This document shows positions 7,618 through 15,650 of a DNA stretch of 26,549 bases, in pieces. A program made the position numbers and the translations under genes. The first letter of the stretch is position 1; each line of letters starts with the position of its first letter. A model generated the notes under the pieces. That model was not told where the DNA came from, did no database searches, and worked only from the letters and a program-made list of their open reading frames with translations. Source of the stretch: an uncultured Opitutaceae bacterium (GTDB lineage: Bacteria; Verrucomicrobiota; Verrucomicrobiia; Opitutales; Opitutaceae); assembly GCA_964512415.1 (NCBI GenBank), contig CAZEJZ010000001.1, positions 1 through 26,549 on the forward strand, read 5' to 3'.

Positions 7618-8192
7618 TGTCATCGGATAACGGATACACCTTTGCCCTCCGCGCGCTGCGCCGCTGGCGCGACGAGCGGCTCACGCTGGCGCCGCGGGAG
7701 GCCGGCGGCTGGCGGGCGCGCTTTCACTTCGACGGCAGCACCTGCGGCAACGTGGCCTTCGTGCTGCACTACGACATCGAGGTCGATGCGGCCGGCGTCA
7801 TCGTCGCGCTCCGCGCGGCGGCGGCGCCGGGGGACGAGGGGCACCAAAGCCTCTGCCGCCACCGCGAGGATGCCGCCTCCCTGCGCGAGGAGCTTGCGAC
7901 GGCGGGGCCGCTGCGGGGCCGGCCGCTGGACGACGTGCTCGCGTGGCGGCCCGCGACCTCGCCGGCGGGCTGCGTCTGCACCGCGCCCGCGCGGGCCCAC
8001 AAGTGGCACGCGGCGCTGCAGACCCTCCACTTCGCCCTCCACGCGCCCGCGGCGGGCGCAACGGGCGGTCCTCGGCCGCTGGGAGTCTCCGCCATGCCAG
8101 GAGCCTCGCTGGCCCCGGCACAAGCAACCCCCGCTTCGGCGGCGCGCATCGTCCGTCCCCCTCCATCCTTCCCGCCCCCCGCTTCCCCATGA
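7617..8192 (+). CDS. Hypothetical protein with Cys/His clusters, 191 aa
   Basis: ATG at 7617 overlaps the upstream stop (TGATG); coding-like codon bias; motifs GSTCGN, HQSLCRH, GCVC...HKWH; Ala/Pro-rich tail. Confidence 0.75.
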   Translation: MSSDNGYTFALRALRRWRDERLTLAPREAGGWRARFHFDGSTCGNVAFVLHYDIEVDAAGVIVALRAAAAPGDEGHQSLCRHREDAASLREELATAGPLRGRPLDDVLAWRPATSPAGCVCTAPARAHKWHAALQTLHFALHAPAAGATGGPRPLGVSAMPGASLAPAQATPASAARIVRPPPSFPPPASP

Positions 8193-8524
8193 AGATCGAA
8201 CTCTGTCCTGCCAATCCCGCCGCCTTGGAACAGCTCCGGCCGGAGAAGAACGACCGGTCCGGCATCGGCGTCCACTACGTCGACGCGATGCTCAAACCCC
8301 TCAAGTCCGGCATCGCCCTCCCCGACGGCACGAAGTTCTCGGCCAAGCGACGGGGACTGAAGATCACCCTCGCCTGCGGCACCACCAAGGGCGAGGGACT
8401 CCTGCGCCGCCTCGCGGTCGGACCCGACCCGGTCGCCATGTTCGACGCCGCCCTCGGCGAGGCCGCGGGCAAGCTCGGCGGTCGGCTCTTCATCGCGGAC
8501 GGGCGCTGGTGCTGGGAACGCTAA
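8189..8524 (+). CDS. Hypothetical protein, 111 aa
   Basis: ATGA overlap at 8189-8192; strong G/C third-position bias; globular-looking sequence (MKIELCPANP...WCWER). Confidence 0.75.
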   Translation: MKIELCPANPAALEQLRPEKNDRSGIGVHYVDAMLKPLKSGIALPDGTKFSAKRRGLKITLACGTTKGEGLLRRLAVGPDPVAMFDAALGEAAGKLGGRLFIADGRWCWER

Positions 8525-8623
8525 ACCGATCGCCCCGACCCCGGCACCCACCGGCCGCACCCTCCCCCGCCAGTCCGGTTTACGCTCGCCCCACACCCCG
8601 CTTCCCCCCACGGTGCGGGTACT

Positions 8624-8908
8624 GTGAACGCGATCATCGCGACCCTCACCACAGCCGACCGGATCGCGAAGGTGCCCTCCAGCACGTGGTGGACCCTCGG
8701 GTTGATCATCGCCGCGGTGTTCCTGATTGCGCCTTTTTTCCGCAAGCTTCGCGAAATCAGCGGCATCTGGATCGCCCTGACTCTGCTGGGCGGCCTCACG
8801 GTGCTCAGCGTGCACTGGGTGCGACACCGGACTGAGCCAGCGGTGCTGACGCCGCTCGTGGACACGGTGGCGCAATTCTTCCCGAAGAAAGCGGCGCCCC
8901 GGCGCTGA
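8624..8908 (+). CDS. Small hypothetical membrane protein, 94 aa, two hydrophobic segments
   Basis: GTG start; hydrophobic stretches WWTLGLIIAAVFLIAPFF and IWIALTLLGGLTVLSVHW separated by a basic loop. Confidence 0.6.
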   Translation: MNAIIATLTTADRIAKVPSSTWWTLGLIIAAVFLIAPFFRKLREISGIWIALTLLGGLTVLSVHWVRHRTEPAVLTPLVDTVAQFFPKKAAPRR

Positions 8909-8981
8909 TTTAACGCTCATCGGTTCGCGCGAGATTGGGATTGGCGCGTCCCGCGGTGGTGCGTAGCTCTGACCCTTGCGT

Positions 8982-10487
8982 ATGCCCAAGACACACTCTG
9001 ACATCGGACTCATCGGACTTGCGGTGATGGGTCAGAACCTCGCGCTGAACATCGCCGATCACGGCTTCCAGATCTCGGTCTACAATCGCACGACCGAGAA
9101 AACGGACGCGTTCGTGGCGCAGAACCCGAACACCCCCGGCGGCCTCGTGGGCACGCGCACGCTGGAGGAATTCGTCCGCTCCCTCTCCCGTCCCCGCAAG
9201 ATGGTCATCCTCGTCCAGGCCGGCCGGGCCACGGACGCCGTGATCGACGGCCTCGTGCCGCTGCTGGAGAAGGGCGACATCATCATCGACGGCGGCAACG
9301 CGCTCTGGACGGACACGATCCGCCGGGAGAAGGCGCTCCGCGAGAAGGGCCTCCGCTTCATCGGCTCCGGCGTCTCGGGCGGCGAAGAGGGCGCGCGCTT
9401 CGGCCCGTCGCTCATGCCGGGTGGCGAGCACGCGGCGTGGCTGGAGCTGAAGCCGATCTGGGAAGCGGTGGCGGCGAAAGTTGACGCGAAGACCGGCCGT
9501 CCGATCCCGGGCGCCCAGCCGGGCAAGCCGGTCACGGGCGGCGTGCCCTGCACGACCTACATCGGCGAGAACGGTGCCGGTCACTACGTGAAGATGGTCC
9601 ACAACGGCATCGAGTATGGCGACATGCAGATGATCTGTGAGGCCTACGCGCTGATGAACGGCCTGCTCGGCCTGAAGCCGGCGGAGATGGGCGAGATCTT
9701 CAGCGAGTGGAACCGCGGCGCGCTGGACTCGTTCCTGATCGAGATCACGGCCGACATCCTCAAGCAGCGCGACCCGCAGACGAAGCGGAAGGCCTTCGTC
9801 GACGTGGTGCTCGACACCGCGGGCCAGAAGGGCACGGGCAAGTGGACCTCGACCAACGCCCTCGACATGGGTGTGCCGGCGCCGACGATCGCCGAGGCGG
9901 TCTTCGCCCGCTGCATCAGCGCGCTCAAGGACGAGCGCGTGGCCGCCTCGAAGATCCTCAAGGGTCCCGGCCGCAAGTACCGTGGCTCGAAAAAGGTGCT
10001 GGTCGCCGCGATCCACGACGCCCTGTACTGCTCCAAGATCTGCTCGTACGCGCAGGGCTTCCAACTCATGCGCACGGCGCAGGCGGAATTCGGCTGGAAG
10101 CTGAACTTCGGCGAGATCGCCCAGATCTTCCGCGGCGGCTGCATCATCCGCGCCGCCTTCCTCCAGAAGATCACCGAGGCCTACGCGCGGAATCCGAACC
10201 TCGCGAACCTGCTGCTCGACCCGTACTTCAACCGCACGGTCAAGAAGGCGCAGCAGAACTGGCGCAGGGTCGTCTCCCTCGCCGCCGAGTGCGGCGTGCC
10301 CGCCCCGACCTTCTCCTCGGCGTTGGCCTACTACGACAGCTACCGCTCCGCCCGACTCCCCGCGAACCTGCTCCAGGCCCAGCGCGACTACTTCGGCGCC
10401 CACACCTACGAGCGCGTCGACGCGCCGCGCGGGAAGTTCTTCCACATCGACTGGCCCGAGCCGACCCGCCCGCAGCTGCCGGCGTAA
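8982..10487 (+). CDS. gndA: NADP-dependent 6-phosphogluconate dehydrogenase (decarboxylating), 501 aa
   Basis: [19 protein letters not shown] (NADP-specific Arg), [53 protein letters not shown] at 8982 is preferred over TTG at 8976. Confidence 0.97.
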   Translation: MPKTHSDIGLIGLAVMGQNLALNIADHGFQISVYNRTTEKTDAFVAQNPNTPGGLVGTRTLEEFVRSLSRPRKMVILVQAGRATDAVIDGLVPLLEKGDIIIDGGNALWTDTIRREKALREKGLRFIGSGVSGGEEGARFGPSLMPGGEHAAWLELKPIWEAVAAKVDAKTGRPIPGAQPGKPVTGGVPCTTYIGENGAGHYVKMVHNGIEYGDMQMICEAYALMNGLLGLKPAEMGEIFSEWNRGALDSFLIEITADILKQRDPQTKRKAFVDVVLDTAGQKGTGKWTSTNALDMGVPAPTIAEAVFARCISALKDERVAASKILKGPGRKYRGSKKVLVAAIHDALYCSKICSYAQGFQLMRTAQAEFGWKLNFGEIAQIFRGGCIIRAAFLQKITEAYARNPNLANLLLDPYFNRTVKKAQQNWRRVVSLAAECGVPAPTFSSALAYYDSYRSARLPANLLQAQRDYFGAHTYERVDAPRGKFFHIDWPEPTRPQLPA

Positions 10488-10650
10488 GCATCGGTCCCCG
10501 TTTGGAACACGAGGCGGCGCACCCGCGACGCCGGGCGCGCCTCAGTGAGGGCCGGCCCGAGCCAGCCTGCATCGAGGGGCGAACGGCCACACTGCGGTCG
10601 ATGGGAACTGGATTGCGCCCGTCCACCCGGCGGTTTTGCGTCACGGCATC

Positions 10651-11844
10651 ATGACCCGACGGCAACTCCTCCAGCTCGGTTCAACCGCCGCGGCGGCGTC
10701 CTTGCTCACGCGCGCCGCGATTGCTGCTCCGAACACCGGCACCACCCGCCCGCGCCCCAGCCCCGTCGCGGTTCCCGCCGCCTCCGGCGTCACGCGCGCC
10801 GAGCGCCCCCTCCGCCTCCTGATCCTCGGCGGCACGGGCTTCACCGGACCCCAACAGGTCCGCTACGCTCTCGCGCGGGGCCACCAGGTCACGCTCTTCA
10901 ACCGTGGCCGACGGCCCAAGGAATGGCCCGGCGAAGTCGAGGAGTTGATCGGCGACCGCGAGACCGGCGATCTCCAGGCGCTGGCCGGGCGCACGTGGGA
11001 TGCGTGCATCGACAATCCCACCAGCGTGCCCCACTGGGTCCGCGATCTCGGCACCCTGCTGCAGGGCAAGGTCGGCCAGTACGTCTTCATTTCCTCGGTC
11101 TCGGCGTACGCGAACACCGACCAGCCGGGCATGAAGGAAGACGCGCCGCTTGCGGCCTACACCGGCCCCGACGCACTTCGCGAGACCCGCGCGACGCTCA
11201 TTGCGAATATGGCGTTGTTCGGTCCGCTGAAGGCCGCCTGCGAGGCCGAGGCGGCGAAATGGTTCGGCGCCACCACCACGATCGTCCGACCCACGCTGAT
11301 CGTCGGCCCGGGCGACGACACGGATCGTTTCACCTACTGGCCGGCCCGGCTTTCCCGCGGGGGCGAGGTCCTCGCTCCACCGCGCGAGGACCCGGTGCAA
11401 TTCATCGACGCTCGTGATCTCGCCGAGTGGACGATCCGGCTCGTCGAACAACGCGCCTTCGGCGCCTTCAACGGCGTCGGTCCCGCCTCGTCGCTCCCGG
11501 TCGGCGACCTCCTGATCGGCATCCGCGAGGCGATCGGCTCCACCGCCACGCTCGTCCATGCCGACGCCGCGTTCCTCGAAGCGCAGAAAGTCCAGCCTTG
11601 GTCCGACCTCCCCGCGTGGGTACCGGGCAGCGGCGAGACCGCCGGCTTCAGCCGCGTGAGCAACGCGCGCGCCGTCGCCGCCGGCCTGACGTTCCGGCCC
11701 CTCGCGACCACCGCCCGCGACACCCTCGCCTTCTGGAATGCTCTTCCGCCGGAGCGCCGGGCCCAGCCCCGCGCCGGCATCAGCACCGAACGCGAAGCCG
11801 CCGCCCTTGCTGCCTGGCGTGCCCGCCCAACCAACGGAGCCTGA
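10651..11844 (+). CDS. NAD(P)-dependent epimerase/dehydratase (atypical SDR) with a Tat-type signal peptide
   Basis: N-terminus MTRRQLLQLG + Ala-rich h-region; ILGGTGFTG Rossmann motif; FISSVSAY; IVRPTLIVGPGD..DRF.YW; IDARDLA. Confidence 0.85.
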   Translation: MTRRQLLQLGSTAAAASLLTRAAIAAPNTGTTRPRPSPVAVPAASGVTRAERPLRLLILGGTGFTGPQQVRYALARGHQVTLFNRGRRPKEWPGEVEELIGDRETGDLQALAGRTWDACIDNPTSVPHWVRDLGTLLQGKVGQYVFISSVSAYANTDQPGMKEDAPLAAYTGPDALRETRATLIANMALFGPLKAACEAEAAKWFGATTTIVRPTLIVGPGDDTDRFTYWPARLSRGGEVLAPPREDPVQFIDARDLAEWTIRLVEQRAFGAFNGVGPASSLPVGDLLIGIREAIGSTATLVHADAAFLEAQKVQPWSDLPAWVPGSGETAGFSRVSNARAVAAGLTFRPLATTARDTLAFWNALPPERRAQPRAGISTEREAAALAAWRARPTNGA

Positions 11845-11963
11845 GCCCGCCGCGGGGCCGCCCCCCCGCGGAGCTTCCGACGTCGGTAATTGACGGCCCA
11901 GCCGGCGCCGGCGGACTCTTCAGGTCCTCCCAGTAGCCCGCGGCAAGGCCGCCTCCGCGGGCT
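11845..11963. repeat. Pair of related GC-rich hairpins (REP-like) between the SDR and SGNH genes
   Basis: CCGCGGGG/CCCCGCGG stem at 11850-11871 and AGCCCGCGG/CCGCGGGCT stem at 11935-11963; both units read GCCCGC-N5-GGCCGCC-(N)-CCGCGG-(A)GCTT. Confidence 0.35.
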
Positions 11964-12020
11964 TGCTTGCCCTCGCACCGCCGTCGAACCATCGCTGCAC
12001 TCCACCCGCTCTCGTCCACC

Positions 12021-13001
12021 ATGCGCCGTCGCTCCTTTCTTCCACGTCTCGCCCTCAGCGTTGTCCTCGGTCTCGCCCCCGCGCTGCCGAGCTTCGCCGC
12101 GTCCACCCCGGCAACCGCCCCGCTCCCGCACCGCACGCTCATCCTCGGGGACAGCATCACCCAGGACGGTCGGTACGTTTCCTTCCTCGAGTACTACCTG
12201 CATCGTAGCGCTCTTTCCGATACGTGGGACGTGATCAGCATCGGCCTGAGCGGCGAGACGGTATCGGGGCTCTCAGAGGCGGGCCATCCGTCGCCCCGGC
12301 CCTGCGTGCTCGACCGCCTCGACGCCGCGCTGGCGGCGGTCCGGCCGACCCGCGTGCTCGCCTGCTACGGGATGAACGATGGGGTCTACCATCCCTCCTC
12401 GCCGGAGCGGCGCGCCGCTTACGTCCGCGGGCTGACCACCCTGCGCGATCGCGTGCGGGCGGCCGGTGCCACGCTCGTCCTGATCACGCCGCCGATCTTC
12501 GACCCCCTGCCGATCACGGACCGACTCGCCAAGCCCGACGCGACCAGCTTCGGCTACCGGACTCCATTCGCCGGGTACGACGGCGTGCTGACCGAGTTTG
12601 CGGATGAGGCCCTGCGGCTGCGGGCTCCGGGCGTCGACGTGATCGATCTCCACCGCGAAATGCTCGCCGCGCTCGCCGAGCGGCGTCGCACCGATCCCGC
12701 GTTCTCCTTCAGCGCCGACGGAGTCCATCCGGGCGGGCTCGGCCATCTCATCATGGCGCGGGCCATCGCCCAGGGTCTCGGGCTGAATCTCCCCTCCGCA
12801 GCGGCCGAGAATGAACTGCGGCGCATCGAGGCAGATCCCCGCTTCAAGCTCATCCACCAGCGCCGCGCTCTTCGCTCGGAGGCGTGGCTGCCGTTCGTCG
12901 GCTACTTCCGCGACCGCAGCTTCAAGTCGCCCTCCGTGAACGCGGCCGAGGCCGTCGTGGCCCGCCTGCACGCCGACCTCAAACGACTCGGCCAACCCTA
13001 G
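12021..13001 (+). CDS. SGNH/GDSL hydrolase (esterase) with a Tat-like signal, 326 aa
   Basis: Blocks LGDSIT (Ser), SGET (Gly), GMND (Asn), DGVH (DxxH); N-terminus MRRRSFL + hydrophobic region + AxA-like site. Confidence 0.9.
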   Translation: MRRRSFLPRLALSVVLGLAPALPSFAASTPATAPLPHRTLILGDSITQDGRYVSFLEYYLHRSALSDTWDVISIGLSGETVSGLSEAGHPSPRPCVLDRLDAALAAVRPTRVLACYGMNDGVYHPSSPERRAAYVRGLTTLRDRVRAAGATLVLITPPIFDPLPITDRLAKPDATSFGYRTPFAGYDGVLTEFADEALRLRAPGVDVIDLHREMLAALAERRRTDPAFSFSADGVHPGGLGHLIMARAIAQGLGLNLPSAAAENELRRIEADPRFKLIHQRRALRSEAWLPFVGYFRDRSFKSPSVNAAEAVVARLHADLKRLGQP

Positions 13002-13413
13002 GGTTCCGCATCGTCGCGGACGCTGCGCACCCGAGTTCCGGATCGTGGCGCGGCCCCGCGCCGGGTTCGCCTGGTACGAACCGGTGGAATTCCGGCTCGG
13101 CGAGGAGGCCGCCGACCGATTCGTCGTCCCCCACAGTACCTGGTGCATCGATGGCAGGTTGTTCCACCGCGTGGATCGACCGACCGCGCGCTGCAAACCC
13201 GCGTCGGCCGGACCTCGCGACTTCCGCAGGCAGCAGCCCGAGGGCACGGCCGGGCCCCGAGGCGCTCCCGGGTTGACCCGCGAGACCGGGAACGAGACAG
13301 TCCGACCGCGCCCGCAACCCGGCTTCGGTTTCCGCATCGGAACCGGTGGCCGCGAGCGTTCTCCGTCGCACCACCGTCCGGCCTTCTCCCCAAGCCGCCC
13401 CCGCACCCGCCCC

Positions 13414-15588
13414 ATGACCCTCCGCTGCGTCGTCGCCTTCATGCTGTCCGCGCTTCCCCTGACCCTCGCCGCGCAGTCCCCGCGAGTGCTTCCGGAGGGA
13501 ACCCGGCCCGCGGATGCGCGGCTCGCCGCGCCGAAGGACCTCGACGGCTACTTCCCCTTCGCGCCGCCCACGACGCGCGCCGCGTGGGAGGCGCGGGCCG
13601 ATGCCGTCCGCCGCCGCATCCTGGTCTCCCAGGGTCTGTGGCCGATGCCCACCCGCGCGCCGCTCAACGCGGTGATCCACGGACGCATCGAGCGCGAGGA
13701 TTACACGATCGAGAAAGTCTACTTCGAGAGCGCGCCGGGCTTCTTCGTCACGGGCAACCTCTACCGTCCGCGCGCGCCGAAGGGCCGCGTGCCCGTGGTG
13801 CTGTTTGCCCACGGTCACTGGAAGGACGCGCGTCTCTCGTTCGAGACCGACGCGAAGCTGCGCGTGGAAATTGCCTCCGGGCAGGAACGCTTCGAGCAAG
13901 GGGGCCGGAGCCGGTTCCAATCCCTGTGCGTGCAGCTGGCCCGCATGGGCTGCGTGGTCTGGCAGTGGGACATGCTGAGTGACTCCGACTCGATCCAGTT
14001 CTCGGCTGACGTGATTCACCTGTTCAAGCATCAGCGACCGGAGATGAACGCCCCGACCAGCTGGGGCCTTTTTTCGCCGCAGGCCGAGGCTCGGCTCCAG
14101 AGCGTGATGGGCCTGCAGACGTGGAATGCGATCCGCTCGCTCGACTTCGTGCTCACGCTGCCGGAGGTCGACCCGGCGCGCGTCGCGATCACCGGCGCGA
14201 GTGGCGGCGGCACGCAGACGATGCTGCTGTCCGCGATCGATCCCCGCGTCGCACTCTCGTTCCCCGCCGTCATGGTGAGCACCGCGATGCAGGGCGGGTG
14301 CACCTGCGAGAACGCCTCGCTCCTCCGCGTCGGCACGGGGAACGTCGAGTTCGCCGCACTCTTCGCGCCGAAGCCGCAGGGGATGACGACGGCGAACGAC
14401 TGGACGATCGAGATGGCGAAGAAGGGATTCCCGGAACTCCGCCAGCTCTACGGCCTGCTCGGCGCGCCGGACGCCGTCATGCTCCACCGCGGCGAGCACT
14501 TCCCCCACAACTACAACGCCGTCTCGCGCTCCGCGTTCTACACGTGGCTGAACCGCCACTTCGGGCTCGGGTTCACCGAGCCCGTCATCGAACGCGACTA
14601 CGAGCCACTCACCCGCGAGCAACTGACCGTGTGGGGCGAGGAGCATCCGGCGCCGAAGGCCGCCGACCCGGATTTCGAGCGTCGGCTCCTGCGTTGGTTC
14701 GCGGACGACGCCGATGGCCAGCTCCGCTCCCTGCTCTCGCGGCCGGACCGCTTCCGCGAAGTGACAGGCCCCGCGGTGGAAGTGATGGTCGGCCGCACCC
14801 CGGCGGAGACTGGAGACGTCGTCTGGAATCCAAAGACCTCCCGTGACACGGCGGGTCACCGCGAAGCGATCGGCCTCGTGCGCAACCTCACCCACGGCGA
14901 AGAACTGCCGGTGATCTGGCTGCGGCCGAAGGCCGCGACGCCGGTCCGCCGCACCGTGGTTTGGCTCGACGACGCCGGCAAGGCTTCGCTCTACGCCGCC
15001 GATGGCAGGCTGCTCCCAGCGGTGCAGCGACTCCTCGAAGCCGGCTGCGCGGTGATCGGCGCCGACCTTCTCTGGCAGGGCGAATTCCTAGCCGCTGGAG
15101 AAACCTTCACGCAGACCCCGAAGGTGGCGAGTCCCCGGGAGTTCGCGGGCTACACCTTTGGCTACAACGCCTCGGTCGCGGCGCAGCGGACGCACGACCT
15201 CTTCACGCTTCTGGCCGCGGCCCGCCGCGAAGGCCAACCGGTCGACGTGGCCGCCTTCGGCTCACTCGCGCCGGTCGCGGCGGCCGCCCGGGCGCTGGCG
15301 GGAGCACAGATCGCCCGCGCCGCCCTCTCGACCGGGGGCTTCCGCTTCGCCCAGCTGCGCGACTTCCGCGATCCCCGTTTCCTGCCCGGCGGGGCGAAGT
15401 ACCTCGATCTCCCGGGACTACTCGCGCTCGCGGTCCCGCAACCCCTCTGGCTCGCCGGAGAGGGCAGCGGCCCGCTGCTCATCGGCGACGTGTACCGCCT
15501 CTCGGAAAACCCGCGCCAGTTGCAGGTTTTCCGCGGCGCGGCCGGCGAAGAGGCCCTGGCGGCGGCGGAATGGCTGGCGGCGCCGTAG
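13414..15588 (+). CDS. Secreted alpha/beta-hydrolase (acetyl xylan esterase/dienelactone hydrolase-like), 724 aa
   Basis: Signal peptide MTLRCVVAFMLSALPLTLAA; YTIEKVYFES.PG.FVTGNLYRP; nucleophile elbow TGASGGG (Ser at 14200); GGCTCEN; a second degenerate alpha/beta domain at the C-terminus. Confidence 0.85.
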   Translation: MTLRCVVAFMLSALPLTLAAQSPRVLPEGTRPADARLAAPKDLDGYFPFAPPTTRAAWEARADAVRRRILVSQGLWPMPTRAPLNAVIHGRIEREDYTIEKVYFESAPGFFVTGNLYRPRAPKGRVPVVLFAHGHWKDARLSFETDAKLRVEIASGQERFEQGGRSRFQSLCVQLARMGCVVWQWDMLSDSDSIQFSADVIHLFKHQRPEMNAPTSWGLFSPQAEARLQSVMGLQTWNAIRSLDFVLTLPEVDPARVAITGASGGGTQTMLLSAIDPRVALSFPAVMVSTAMQGGCTCENASLLRVGTGNVEFAALFAPKPQGMTTANDWTIEMAKKGFPELRQLYGLLGAPDAVMLHRGEHFPHNYNAVSRSAFYTWLNRHFGLGFTEPVIERDYEPLTREQLTVWGEEHPAPKAADPDFERRLLRWFADDADGQLRSLLSRPDRFREVTGPAVEVMVGRTPAETGDVVWNPKTSRDTAGHREAIGLVRNLTHGEELPVIWLRPKAATPVRRTVVWLDDAGKASLYAADGRLLPAVQRLLEAGCAVIGADLLWQGEFLAAGETFTQTPKVASPREFAGYTFGYNASVAAQRTHDLFTLLAAARREGQPVDVAAFGSLAPVAAAARALAGAQIARAALSTGGFRFAQLRDFRDPRFLPGGAKYLDLPGLLALAVPQPLWLAGEGSGPLLIGDVYRLSENPRQLQVFRGAAGEEALAAAEWLAAP

Positions 15589-15650
15589 GCGCATCCGTCG
15601 CGCGCCCGTTGTGCACGGCACGCCGCCGCGTCCCGCACTCCCGCGAAAAC

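Noticed and set aside
10511-10543. Hairpin after gndA as an intrinsic terminator
   Set aside because: Imperfect stem with bulges and no U-tract.
10602-10617. Sigma54-like TGGGAACTGGATTGCG upstream of the SDR gene
   Set aside because: Spacing is correct but the -24 element (TGGGAA) deviates from TGGCAC; too weak to call without a genome-trained model.
13045-13413. 123-aa N-terminal extension of the esterase in the ORF track
   Set aside because: It would bury the signal peptide that begins at ATG 13414; treated as a separate possible remnant instead.
12979-14895. 638-aa minus-strand ORF, and similar ones at 8910-10445, 6035-7063 and 20454-21848
   Set aside because: Shadow ORFs opposite genes with clear family motifs.
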